Numbered from the stretch's first letter, positions 26,415-35,674 are shown. The stretch is DNA of 53,416 nt from a virus (IMGVR_UViG_3300033998_000181:1-53416); one strand, 5' to 3'. Numbers and translations: made by a program. Notes: generated by a model not told the origin, from the sequence alone.

Positions 26415-28790
26415 TTAAGCTTCTAATACATTAACGACGAAGTTAAACTCCTTCTCGAATTCAGGCTTCACCCATATTCTCAGAAATGATGGTGTGCGAG
26501 TCTTGTTGTCTGCAGGCGCAGTCAAACTGGTACCTTTCCTTGGTGGTCTAGGTGCAACTTCGATGCCGTAGTTTCTGAGGCATCTTGTGAATTCTGTAAT
26601 ACTTACAGGGCGAAAGCCGCACTCGTTGCAGTACCATCGATAGTATTTATAAAGAGCCTCCTTATTAATGTAGAATGCGCCTAACGTCCCGCCTCTGCCT
26701 TTTCCTTTCCAAGGGGGCACCTCTATCTCACCTTTGATTACCGCTTCTTTCAACGTTTCTTCATACAACAAGCGCTCGACGACAAAGTTTGCAATATTGT
26801 CATTCTCTAATGCATACTCTTTCATTGCATCTAACACCGTTTGTGCTTCTGTAAATCTATTGTTGTTGTCTAATTTCAGTCTACGTAAACCCTCAATTGC
26901 CCAGTTCAACATGCCAGGCAGTTCCTTGGAAATAGCTTTCTCGAATTCTATTTTGAACGCAGAATTTCTCTCGAATCGAATAGGAAACTCTACTAGCTTC
27001 CACCTACTATACCAGCCTTCAGATCTGTCTCTTGCACGAGGTATCTCATTGGCGCTGAATAACAAACGCACTACGGGAGTAAAATGAAAGCTCTTACCAT
27101 GTTTATACTCACCTATAATTTTATCACCTGAAATAATCGCCTTCAGTACGCCAGTTTCTGACAAGTATTTGGGATCAATATCACCACAAACGTTGATTAG
27201 CTTGCCTTGCAAGTATGCAGTTTCGAAACGCTCTGCTAATCTGTGGAGAGGCGTAAAGTGTATTGCGTCGCCGAATAGCTTGGAGATTGCATCGATAAAC
27301 ATACTTTTACCGTTCGATCCTCTGCCATATAGAAACACTGCAGTCCTAAACGATGTATCCGGGATTAAACACAGGCCTATATATTCTTGCAGAAACGCTC
27401 GTACATCAGGATCTGGAAGCCACTGTTCAAGCGCTTCTAACCAAGTAGGGCACTCTGCGTCTGGATCCCATTCTACAGGCAACTGCGTCGTTAAGTAAGT
27501 TTGTGTATCCCATGGATAGAGTTCTAACTCTCTCCAGTCCAGTAAGCCGTTTGCTACGGAGATATAGTTTAAAACGTCAGGGCGCATCTGTACGTTTTGT
27601 CCTAAGTCTAAATACTCATCGATCGTGGGATTTGCCAATTCTTCTTTAATCGCTTCCATGGCTTCATTAACAAATCTTTGATAGTCCCACTCTTCTTTTT
27701 CTGCTATTAAAGCGAGGCGTACGTCTCTTGCTACTAACTGCTTATCATATATTCGCCAAGGGCCTTTTGTATCATCACAAATATAAAAACATCCATTTTT
27801 AATAGAGTAGTGCCATGAAAATCCTGCTCTCTTCTGGTCCTCGATGAACTTCTTCGCGAAAGCAGATGGCCTCAGCACTTCCTTTCCTTGCTCATTTAGT
27901 CGGCTAACAGCCTTGGATTGCTCTGAATAAGCTAAACCTTCTACCATTCGCTCCAGTTCCTCATCTGTTAAGGGAGGGTTGCAGTGACGCAAATTCCAAT
28001 GCTTAAGGAAAGCGAGTACCTCTTCCTTCGGAATAGTACCTCTGTGGAGCAAAGAGCCAGCTAACCTTACTATGCGGTCCTGTCTGCTTCCCTCATACAC
28101 AGTGCCTTTCCATTCTTCTTCAGTGACTCTAGGGCTAAGTTCGAACTCTTCGTCAGTATCTAAGTCGTTACTCTTCTTTTTGGACTTTCGAACCATCAAG
28201 TCAAGTATCCACTTAGGTGCTTGTGCAGGTTCTGGCATGTCGAACGGTGATCGTCCTTCCACCCAACTGTATTCGTAGCCCGAAGCATGAACAGAAGGAG
28301 GGATCACGGTCTGTTGACCGTCCCCAAGTAAAGCAAGCTCTTCATGAACAGCACCTTTCTCTGCTTGTTTGAACTTCTTAACTCTTACCCCTTCGGGCAA
28401 AGCATACAAAAGGCGTCGTCCTTTACCCGTCCTGAATTCCCACGTTTCAGGAAGGTCACCTTTAGAAAGCTCTTGTAAGAACTTCTCACCCGCTTCACCA
28501 TCTACATCTATACCAATCAAGCGCGAAGCATTTCCCATTGGAAGTCCTAAATTTCGTTTAGGATGTGCCGCGAACCATCTGAATAACTCTTCTTCCTTCG
28601 TCTCTGTACGCGTCTGCCAACCGAGTATGACGGGCACTTTACCAGGTGTCTTGCAAATCTCTTTGTGATTTAAACTCTCACTGCTATGGTCTGGGGCACA
28701 TATTGGGATGACTGGTAGCCCTAACCGTACGTACTCGCGTGCCGCTAGATATATCTTATTCTGTGCTAGTAAGTTCCTCAATTCCATCAC
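26415..28790 (-). CDS. Bifunctional primase-polymerase / PriCT / D5-like SF3 helicase
   Basis: N-terminal GK.P, IDVD, TGKGR.L.Y, VIPPSVH.SG..Y.W (Prim-Pol); EGSR...CNPPL (PriCT); LYG.GSNGKS and FSANEIP (SF3). Confidence 0.92.
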   Translation of the reverse strand: MMELRNLLAQNKIYLAAREYVRLGLPVIPICAPDHSSESLNHKEICKTPGKVPVILGWQTRTETKEEELFRWFAAHPKRNLGLPMGNASRLIGIDVDGEAGEKFLQELSKGDLPETWEFRTGKGRRLLYALPEGVRVKKFKQAEKGAVHEELALLGDGQQTVIPPSVHASGYEYSWVEGRSPFDMPEPAQAPKWILDLMVRKSKKKSNDLDTDEEFELSPRVTEEEWKGTVYEGSRQDRIVRLAGSLLHRGTIPKEEVLAFLKHWNLRHCNPPLTDEELERMVEGLAYSEQSKAVSRLNEQGKEVLRPSAFAKKFIEDQKRAGFSWHYSIKNGCFYICDDTKGPWRIYDKQLVARDVRLALIAEKEEWDYQRFVNEAMEAIKEELANPTIDEYLDLGQNVQMRPDVLNYISVANGLLDWRELELYPWDTQTYLTTQLPVEWDPDAECPTWLEALEQWLPDPDVRAFLQEYIGLCLIPDTSFRTAVFLYGRGSNGKSMFIDAISKLFGDAIHFTPLHRLAERFETAYLQGKLINVCGDIDPKYLSETGVLKAIISGDKIIGEYKHGKSFHFTPVVRLLFSANEIPRARDRSEGWYSRWKLVEFPIRFERNSAFKIEFEKAISKELPGMLNWAIEGLRRLKLDNNNRFTEAQTVLDAMKEYALENDNIANFVVERLLYEETLKEAVIKGEIEVPPWKGKGRGGTLGAFYINKEALYKYYRWYCNECGFRPVSITEFTRCLRNYGIEVAPRPPRKGTSLTAPADNKTRTPSFLRIWVKPEFEKEFNFVVNVLEA

Positions 28791-29370
28791 CCTCTCTCGA
28801 CTCCGTATTTTCTAATTTCTCTTCATATTCAAGAGTGTACCTACGTACAAAGTTAACTATTTTGTCCAGTCGTTCAGTCGAAAAGAAGGGATGGAGCATA
28901 TACCATTCTAAGAAGTCACAGTCCGCCTTACTTGCATTACAGTTAGGACAAGCAGGCACGATGTTATATTTCGAAAAGCTGCCACCCTTTACTACTGGTA
29001 CAAGATGGTCCTTTTGTAACTCTCGATCCTTACGTCCACAGTAAGCGCAAGCATATTCGAACTCTTTTAGTGTTTCCTGCCACTGCTCTTCTGTCAGCGT
29101 ATTAGGTAGTGCAGCCATTTTCTCGTCTCTTCTCTGCCGTGCCTTCTTCCTTGTCGCCTTCCTCTTCAGTTGTTTTCTGCGCTCTCTGTAGTAAAATTTT
29201 ACCTCCTCTTTCCTCTCTTCGTAGTACTTTTTGTTTTGTCGTTTGGTGCACTCTTTGCACATCCCGTTTAATCCATCTTTCTTCGTACGGTCTTTATGGA
29301 ACTCTGTAACAGGTAGCTCCTGCTTGCATCGACAGCACCTCTTTGTTTTGGTGGTCGTTGTGTTTTCCAT
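28756..29370 (-). CDS. HNH endonuclease with N-terminal zinc finger
   Basis: KRCCRC...CKEC; CAYCG...DHLVP..KGG....NIVPACPNCNASK. Confidence 0.88.
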   Translation of the reverse strand: MENTTTTKTKRCCRCKQELPVTEFHKDRTKKDGLNGMCKECTKRQNKKYYEERKEEVKFYYRERRKQLKRKATRKKARQRRDEKMAALPNTLTEEQWQETLKEFEYACAYCGRKDRELQKDHLVPVVKGGSFSKYNIVPACPNCNASKADCDFLEWYMLHPFFSTERLDKIVNFVRRYTLEYEEKLENTESREGDGIEELTSTE

Positions 29371-29372
29371 AT

Positions 29373-30497
29373 TTACCCCCCTATAACACACTCTCTTGGA
29401 TTTTTGTCACTGTGAATAGCTACGAAACTACAGTGTCTATAAGCACCATCTCTGGTATATTCCATTAACTTTACTCTTGCTACTTTACCTATATAAGCTT
29501 CAGGAGACTTTGAGAACCTTTCACGCATCGCTTCATCCATACCAGAACAGGTCCCTAGACGGACGAGATTTCCTTCTTTGTCATACTTCCCGAAAACAAT
29601 TGAACCTATCCAGTTTTTAGCGTAGTACTTTGTTACCGGATACCATTCAGGTCCTGGTTGCGGTCCTATAACGATTATTTCATCTGATGCGTAATCTATA
29701 TTGCAAGAGGCGTAACCTTCCGGCAGTATACACCACCCGTCGGCTCTGCGTCCCCAGTAGATCCAGTTCTCTACATATTTACCTGTGTAAATCTTTTCCG
29801 GCGGTTCGAAACCCATGATGACTACATCATCTTCCATTTCTACTTTACATTTAATCCAGTTCCAAGCTGGTCTCTTTCCTATGAGGTATTTGCCACCTAT
29901 ATTCTTTAACACAACACCTTCTTTACCTTGACCTAGAAGTTCGTCTAAGTATTGGCGTTTTCCTTGTATAGTAGTCAACGTTAAGTCGATGCCTTGCTCC
30001 TCCAGTTTCTCACCTAACTCACAGAACAACTGTTCCAGGTATTCTCTTCTTCTATACCATGGCAGGTTAGTGAGCCAATTTCCTTTTGCATCTCGCAAGA
30101 CATCGAATACCATGTAGCGTAGCCAGTTTCCAGACCTTTCTTGTTTAGCTATTGCTTCATCAGGTAATGAACCCGTGACCGTTATAACGTCTTGTGCCTT
30201 TCCTCCTGGATAGTAAACTTCTCCGTCCAAAATTAAGTTGCTCCCAAATTTACGTAGTGCTCCACTGATATGTGGCAACTGTTGTGTCTTCTCTACTGGA
30301 ATACCGTCTACATCAGAAATCCGTGGACTGAAGATACGTCCACCGATTGCAAAGTAGCGACAGCCGTCGATTTTCTCTTCAGCTACGTAAAGCTCAGATT
30401 CGAAAGCCTTCTCTAATGTCTTTTGACCACTCACTGTTTTTGGTGGCTTGGCTGGCTTCATTGGCTGAAGGAAGAAATTGAGCGGGTAATCTCTCAT
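29373..30497 (-). CDS. ATP-dependent DNA ligase
   Basis: EEKIDGCR (motif I), ILDGEV, FDVL, GKEGVVLK, WIKCK; OB-fold ending YRHCSF...DKNP.EC. Confidence 0.9.
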   Translation of the reverse strand: MRDYPLNFFLQPMKPAKPPKTVSGQKTLEKAFESELYVAEEKIDGCRYFAIGGRIFSPRISDVDGIPVEKTQQLPHISGALRKFGSNLILDGEVYYPGGKAQDVITVTGSLPDEAIAKQERSGNWLRYMVFDVLRDAKGNWLTNLPWYRRREYLEQLFCELGEKLEEQGIDLTLTTIQGKRQYLDELLGQGKEGVVLKNIGGKYLIGKRPAWNWIKCKVEMEDDVVIMGFEPPEKIYTGKYVENWIYWGRRADGWCILPEGYASCNIDYASDEIIVIGPQPGPEWYPVTKYYAKNWIGSIVFGKYDKEGNLVRLGTCSGMDEAMRERFSKSPEAYIGKVARVKLMEYTRDGAYRHCSFVAIHSDKNPRECVIGG

Positions 30498-30522
30498 GAC
30501 TTTACCTCCTTTGTTTAACCCT

Positions 30523-30861
30523 TCAGTCTAAATACATGGACAGTACTGACCGCCACGTCTGGTCAATGTCGCGTAATAGCTTTCGGCACTCATCTTCTGA
30601 AAAACCGTCGGCGGCAATCCCTGCATCATTGCACACAGTCAAGATTTTGTCTAACAGTGTTTCTAACTTCCGCACCCGCTGAAGCCAGTAGGGAATAGCT
30701 TCGCGAGCTTCGGCGATGAAGCGGGCGTCTGCAGCATTAACATGTTCGCAAATGTATGGCATTATCCGCTGCGCATATACTTCCGCGCGCCATGGCCCTG
30801 GGGTAGCTGCTTGGCACAATTCCCAATCCTTTTGCCAATCGCGCTTACTCTGCTTACTCAT
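30523..30861 (-). CDS. Ead/Ea22-like phage protein
   Basis: ATPGPW...ADARFIA.AREAIP..L..V..LE motif. Confidence 0.7.
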   Translation of the reverse strand: MSKQSKRDWQKDWELCQAATPGPWRAEVYAQRIMPYICEHVNAADARFIAEAREAIPYWLQRVRKLETLLDKILTVCNDAGIAADGFSEDECRKLLRDIDQTWRSVLSMYLD

Positions 30862-31078
30862 TTGCTTTTGCCTCCTCTATCTCACTGCTCTTTGCTTTTA
30901 TGTTTGCAACTACTAACACTTGCCCTTTACCCATTCCTAGCCCAATTCCATATGTGGAGAAGTGTTCATCACACATATATGCCCATCCACTCATAGTCGT
31001 CTTGCCATCATATATAGCAGGCCGCTCACAGAAATCACACTTCGGTCTCTTGTTTACGATAGCTACCATAAAAGACAT
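30854..31078 (-). CDS. Small zinc-binding phage protein
   Basis: CDFC..A.YDGKT..G.WAYMC..HF...G.GLG.G.GQ. Confidence 0.7.
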   Translation of the reverse strand: MSFMVAIVNKRPKCDFCERPAIYDGKTTMSGWAYMCDEHFSTYGIGLGMGKGQVLVVANIKAKSSEIEEAKANE

Positions 31079-31133
31079 AGGAGCACACCTTCCTTTCTTT
31101 CATTTCAAATTACATCAATATCAAAACAGTCCA

Positions 31134-31409
31134 TCAACCACCCCGTTCCCCCTTCGTGGTCACCTCCTGAGCTACTTTCTTAACTTGTCTAATCTCTTCC
31201 GTTGCTCGTGCAATCAGTTGTTCTGTTTCTTGTTTTTGCTGTTCGAGCCATAGTCTAGCTGCTTGTTCAACTGCTTGAGCCATAGTTAATCCACATCTAA
31301 TGGCTTCAATTTTAAACTCTGTGAACAATGCAGTCGGAATATCCCCACACAACCTCCTTACTTTCGGATTTACTACTGCTTCAGCTTCTGTTTTAGTGTT
31401 AACGCTCAT
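31134..31409 (-). CDS. Ribbon-helix-helix-like DNA-binding protein
   Basis: RRLCGDIP..LF..FK..AI..GLTM...VEQA...WL; GGAGGTG RBS before MSV. Confidence 0.6.
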   Translation of the reverse strand: MSVNTKTEAEAVVNPKVRRLCGDIPTALFTEFKIEAIRCGLTMAQAVEQAARLWLEQQKQETEQLIARATEEIRQVKKVAQEVTTKGERGG

Positions 31410-31453
31410 AGTTACACCTCCGCACATTCATTTGATCAAATTTTTCTATGAAA

Positions 31454-31482
31454 ATTATATCAAAAATTCTTTTTCAAGTCAA
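31454..31482 (-). promoter_or_regulatory. Promoter of the leftward replication operon
   Basis: TTGACT-17-TATAAT. Confidence 0.75.
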
Positions 31483-31573
31483 GAAGTACTTTAAAGAAAT
31501 TTTGACGAGGGCATCGCCAAACTGCACATATGGGCTGCGAAAAAGAAATTTTCAAAGTCCCTAAAGGCCCATC

Positions 31574-31610
31574 TTGCTTTAGTTTAGATTTCTGTTTTAT
31601 AATAGAATCA
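31574..31610 (+). promoter_or_regulatory. Promoter TTGCTT...TATAAT-AGAATCA
   Basis: TTGCTT-18-TATAAT followed by AGAATCA; shared with the promoters at 32451 and 38159. Confidence 0.7.
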
Positions 31611-31659
31611 ACAAACAATTAAGACTAAACCATTAATAACTAAAAGGAGGTTTTACTTT

Positions 31660-32325
31660 ATGACATTCACCAAGCAGGAAGATGGGAAGTACCAATTAGA
31701 GGACGGTCGGGTAGTAAGTAGAGCTGAGTTGATTCGTGAGCTGTTCAACACCGACTGGCACCGAAGGGACATTGCCAAAGAGCTCGACGTGCCTTACAAT
31801 GTTGTGTTTCAAGCAACTGCGAACATGACAAACAAACACCACCAACCTGGTAGGGGCGGCGTTGCTGTAGCTAAGACCGTTACCTTGCCTGACGGAACTG
31901 AAATGCCTCGAGCCGAGTACATCCGGCAAGAGGTTGCTAAGGGGCGGTCTAAAGCAGAGATCGCTAAGGAACTTGGTGTTAGCTACAGTGTCGTTTGGAA
32001 CGCAACTAAAGGCATGAGTGAGGCCAATAAAACCCAGCGCCATTATGTAGAACTTCCCGACGGAACTAAGATGCCGAGGACAGAGTACATCCGCAAACGC
32101 TTCGCGGAAGGTGCTACTCGTCGAGAGATTGCCAACGAGCTGGGTTGTGATTACACTGTTGTATGGCAAGCGACTCGGACGCTTAAAAAGGACGAGAGTG
32201 TTGCTAACGACGCCAACGACGCTGAAAATACTCAAACACCTTCAAACATCGTTGGTGGAGGTAGCGAAAGCAGCGAAAGTGTAGTTGTCGGTGACGGTGA
32301 CGTGGATGTAAACTTCCCTGAGTAA
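31660..32325 (+). CDS. Triple helix-turn-helix repeat DNA-binding protein
   Basis: Three copies of DG....R.E.IR.......R.EIA.EL...Y.VV..AT; acidic tail. Confidence 0.8.
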   Translation: MTFTKQEDGKYQLEDGRVVSRAELIRELFNTDWHRRDIAKELDVPYNVVFQATANMTNKHHQPGRGGVAVAKTVTLPDGTEMPRAEYIRQEVAKGRSKAEIAKELGVSYSVVWNATKGMSEANKTQRHYVELPDGTKMPRTEYIRKRFAEGATRREIANELGCDYTVVWQATRTLKKDESVANDANDAENTQTPSNIVGGGSESSESVVVGDGDVDVNFPE

Positions 32326-32357
32326 TAAACCCCTCCTTTATATCCTCTCACCCCCTG

Positions 32358-32410
32358 ATAAGGTGATAGGTAGCAGGTCCAGAGTACTGTTGCCTATCGC
32401 CTTATTTTTT
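32358..32410 (+). terminator. Rho-independent terminator
   Basis: ATAAGGTGATAGGTAGCAG / CTGTTGCCTATCGCCTTAT stem plus T tract. Confidence 0.75.
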
Positions 32411-32450
32411 GTGTGTTGGGCCAGGGATCTTAAAACTTTTAAGTCCCTTC

Positions 32451-32486
32451 TTGCTTTTTTGTACAAAATTTAATAAAATAGAATCA
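32451..32486 (+). promoter_or_regulatory. Promoter TTGCTT-17-TAAAAT-AGAATCA
   Basis: Same class as the promoters at 31574 and 38159. Confidence 0.65.
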
Positions 32487-32493
32487 TAGAACA

Positions 32494-32612
32494 GAGAATA
32501 GAGAATAGAGAATAGAGAATAGAGAATAGAGAATAGAGAATAGAGAATAGAGAATAGAGAATAGAGAATAGAGAATAGAGAATAGAGAATAGAGAATAGA
32601 GAATAGAGAATA
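32494..32612 (+). repeat. Heptamer tandem repeat (GAGAATA) x17
   Basis: 119-bp perfect array between the promoter and an AAGGAGGTG RBS. Confidence 0.97.
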
Positions 32613-32629
32613 GAGAACAGGAAGGAGGT

Positions 32630-32869
32630 GTGGAGTTGTATAGATATAGTCGTAGGAGCAGATACATGGACCCATTGACGAAACTACTACAGAAGGAGGA
32701 AGAGGAACAGGATTCGGAGTTCGTCAAGAAACGGCGCAGAGTTATGGCGATGATTGATAAGAGGCTCGAAGAGGAGGAGCGTCGACTGCGCAAGTTAGGT
32801 ACGTGTCCTATCTGCAATGTATATCTTACAACTACTGGACACTGCCCCTACGGGCACGTTAAGGAGTAG
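32630..32869 (+). CDS. Small zinc-ribbon protein (start uncertain: 32636 or 32666)
   Basis: Charged helix followed by CPIC...GHCPYGH. Confidence 0.65.
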   Translation: MELYRYSRRSRYMDPLTKLLQKEEEEQDSEFVKKRRRVMAMIDKRLEEEERRLRKLGTCPICNVYLTTTGHCPYGHVKE

Positions 32870-32924
32870 GAGAGGTAAATAGTACAAGGACTTGCGGTTC
32901 AAAGGTAGGAGGACGCGGGCAGCG

Positions 32925-33033
32925 GGCCGAATTCCATCTGCCTATAGAAACCTATATCGCAGGCGGCCCATGCGAGTTAGGTGGCTAGGTAGCCAGAACG
33001 GGATGTAACCCATAGTGCCGATGGAATTCGGCC
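32925..33033 (+). ncRNA. Candidate structured RNA element, family unknown
   Basis: 14-bp perfect closing stem GGCCGAATTCCATC/GATGGAATTCGGCC enclosing several short hairpins. Confidence 0.4.
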
Positions 33034-33167
33034 TATGACATTTTCGAAAGGAGGTGAGCACATGTCACAACCACTGGTAAGTGATGGAGCACACAAGAGC
33101 ACAACACGATCGACCAGCGATGGCTGTGTTCAAGAGCACACAAGGATGAGTTGGGAGGGAACTAAAC

Positions 33168-33872
33168 ATGATTGTCTTAAAACCGACTTTCGAGATCATT
33201 ACACCTATGCCATGGGATGAAATGGTTAAGCACGTTGAGAGAGCTGGCCGCGTATGTTATAAGTCTGAATACAGAATCAAGCAAGGGTCCGCGACACAAT
33301 TCATCCGATATATGATTGATAGAGGTCATGAAAGTGTTATCGAACACATTGGCTTCTCAGTACTCTTTACAGTCGATCGCGGCATCACCCACGAACTGGT
33401 ACGGCATCGGCTCGCAAGCTACTCTCAGGAAAGTACCAGATACTGTAATTATGCAAATGCTCGATTCGGCAGTGAGATTGCCGTTATTGGCTTAGGCAAA
33501 GCAATGGATTTGGATTTTAGTATGGATGCCATTACGCCTGAAGAGGCGACACTCATCTTGCAAGAGTGGTTTCAAGCAATGCAGGATGCAGAGCAGCACT
33601 ACATGAAAATGATCGACCTTGGTGCTTCTGCACAAATCGCACGATCCGTTTTACCGCAAAGTGTCAAAGCGGACATTATGGTGACTGCTAACATTAGAGA
33701 ATGGAGACACATCCTTCGCTTACGTACATCTAGAGCAGCGCACCCACAAATGAGAGAAGTCATGATACCATTGCTTTTGAAACTAAAAACGGAATGTCCT
33801 GTGTTCTTCGGTGACATTAAGCCCGATCCTGAAAGTGTAAGGAGGCTTGGTCTTGATGATCCAAATCATTAA
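33168..33872 (+). CDS. thyX: FAD-dependent thymidylate synthase
   Basis: GHESVIEH, RGITHELVRHRLASYSQESTRY, ARSVLP, N.REWRH..LR...AHPQMR. Confidence 0.95.
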   Translation: MIVLKPTFEIITPMPWDEMVKHVERAGRVCYKSEYRIKQGSATQFIRYMIDRGHESVIEHIGFSVLFTVDRGITHELVRHRLASYSQESTRYCNYANARFGSEIAVIGLGKAMDLDFSMDAITPEEATLILQEWFQAMQDAEQHYMKMIDLGASAQIARSVLPQSVKADIMVTANIREWRHILRLRTSRAAHPQMREVMIPLLLKLKTECPVFFGDIKPDPESVRRLGLDDPNH

Positions 33873-34092
33873 GGAGAATGGAGAAGTAATTCTCTGCGAA
33901 AAACTTTTAGGAGTCGCTTTTCGAGGTGGCGAAGTGTACCATGTAGTTGAGGGGAAGCTTGACCTAGTTGACATTCTCTATACGAAACATGTCATGAAAC
34001 ATCATGAGCTTAGTATACTTGATACTGTTCTCGCTAAACGAGCGCAGGGCAAAACTCTTCAAGTAGTGAAAGACTTTCCGCACCAACAGTAG
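33856..34092 (+). CDS. Hypothetical protein
   Basis: AAGGAGG RBS; overlaps the thyX end. Confidence 0.55.
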   Translation: MIQIIKENGEVILCEKLLGVAFRGGEVYHVVEGKLDLVDILYTKHVMKHHELSILDTVLAKRAQGKTLQVVKDFPHQQ

Positions 34093-34162
34093 CGAACGTG
34101 GATGTGCAGCCGAAACGAAATAAGAATCACAATAGAGCACACAACGGACGCGGGGTGAGTAA

Positions 34163-34537
34163 ATGAACGCCAAAAATACTTTAAAAGAGGAGTGTAGTAG
34201 AAGGACTCAGTTGCGAGAAAAATATACTTGGAATGATTTCGAGCTGCGTCCTAGAAAACAGTTTCGCTTCCTTATTATGACTGAAGAAGGGTTAATCTAT
34301 AAGGAGAGTCAACTCCTCACAAAGATTCAGGAGCTGGAATCCAAAAGGGACGCAGAGCTGCACATGATTGCGGAGAAGTATAACAAACAAATCGATGAAC
34401 TAGTGAAGCAGTGCAATCACTGTTGGGATGATGGCTCCTCTGCGATCCGCGAACATAGAGCAGGATACGCCTCATACATGAGCGTATGTCAAGTTTGCGG
34501 TAAGGTTATAGATATGATTACAGGTGAAGGAAAATGA
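34163..34537 (+). CDS. Hypothetical protein with C-terminal zinc finger
   Basis: CNH.W...C.VCG motif. Confidence 0.6.
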   Translation: MNAKNTLKEECSRRTQLREKYTWNDFELRPRKQFRFLIMTEEGLIYKESQLLTKIQELESKRDAELHMIAEKYNKQIDELVKQCNHCWDDGSSAIREHRAGYASYMSVCQVCGKVIDMITGEGK

Positions 34538-35076
34538 ACGATAACAGCAGAAATAGCTTTACTGAATTACTACAACAGGTACGTAGCAATATGAAACAAC
34601 AGCTGTTTATGGGACGTTTGTTAGCAATCGACCCAGGAGAAACTGTAGGTTGGGCACTGTTTCAAGCAGGGCAACTGACTGCGCATGGACAAATTACAGG
34701 ATCAGGCGAGGAGGTTATGGTAGCAACAGCCAATCTTATATATAAAACCTCTCCTGAAGTTGTAGTGTGCGAAGCGTATCGCATCTACAGTTGGAAGAAA
34801 GATCAGCACACTTGGAGTGATCTCTTCACGCCACGCTTAATAGGTGTAATTGAATACATGTGCGCAGCTCACGAACCATCGATTCCGCTTTTTTTCCAAA
34901 TGGCAGGAACTGCAAAAGGCTTCTGTACAGACGCAAAGTTAAAACAGTGGGGTTATTATAAACCAGGATTAAAACACGCACGTGATGCAATTCGTCACGG
35001 ATGTTACTGGTTGTTGTTCCACACCCCGATAGATGTCAAGGTTGAGCAGGGAGCAGGCAGACAGAGCAATAGGTAG
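34534..35076 (+). CDS. RuvC-like Holliday junction resolvase
   Basis: LAIDPG..VGWA, VVCE, IGVIE, HARDA.RH. Confidence 0.8.
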   Translation: MNDNSRNSFTELLQQVRSNMKQQLFMGRLLAIDPGETVGWALFQAGQLTAHGQITGSGEEVMVATANLIYKTSPEVVVCEAYRIYSWKKDQHTWSDLFTPRLIGVIEYMCAAHEPSIPLFFQMAGTAKGFCTDAKLKQWGYYKPGLKHARDAIRHGCYWLLFHTPIDVKVEQGAGRQSNR

Positions 35077-35209
35077 GTTCGAGTTGTATCATGATATTGC
35101 TTGGTACTTAAATTGAGTCGCACCTTATCATGAAGGGGTATGGGGAGGGCGGCGTGGTTGGCGTACTCCTTCTAGGTGCGACCTAAAGTACTGATGGAGG
35201 GTGGCGACG

Positions 35210-35525
35210 ATGTGCGACTGTCGTGAGCATCGAGCAGATGAAATTAAACGGCTAAAATCTCGTATACAGGTGTTGGAATCCTGCACGATAGACTTAATAA
35301 AAGCCGCTAGGCCCGCTTTAGAGTTTGTAGGGCGGTTCTTAAACTTTTGACCAGACCAAGGAAGAAGATATCTGTATTGACTTAGGTACAGTTATTCAAC
35401 GCGCTGAAGCTGCTATAGGACACGCATCACAGGGACAAGGAATCTCTGTAGTTTACAAAGGTATACCTGCGTCAAGAGAAATTGAGTATTGTCCGTTCTG
35501 CAGCAGTAGATTAAGTTGTGACTAA
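35210..35525 (+). CDS. Zinc-binding protein split by a +1 frameshift at TTT TGA
   Basis: MCDC... ends at TGA 35348-35350; the +1 frame continues to IEYCPFCSSRL and TAA at 35525. Confidence 0.5.
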
Positions 35526-35566
35526 AACCACATTGATGGTACAGATATCTGAAGGGAGGTATTTAG

Positions 35567-35674
35567 ATGCGCTGTCCTCGTTGTGGTGCAGATATGGTGC
35601 TTATACCTATTTCAGTAAAAGCTGGAAATTATGTATGTCCTCGTTGTGGTTATAAAGAGTACGTTCACGACTGA
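35567..35674 (+). CDS. 35-aa zinc ribbon protein
   Basis: MRCPRCGADMVLIPISVKAGNYVCPRCGYKEYVHD; GGGAGGT RBS. Confidence 0.65.
   Translation: MRCPRCGADMVLIPISVKAGNYVCPRCGYKEYVHD

Noticed and set aside
32470-32817. Minus-strand ORFs with YSLFSIL repeats
   Set aside because: Translation artefacts of the heptamer array.
32960-33015. THF riboswitch upstream of thyX (GAACGGGATGT resembles part of its core)
   Set aside because: The flanking conserved segments and pairing I would expect are not evident; kept only as an unassigned structure.
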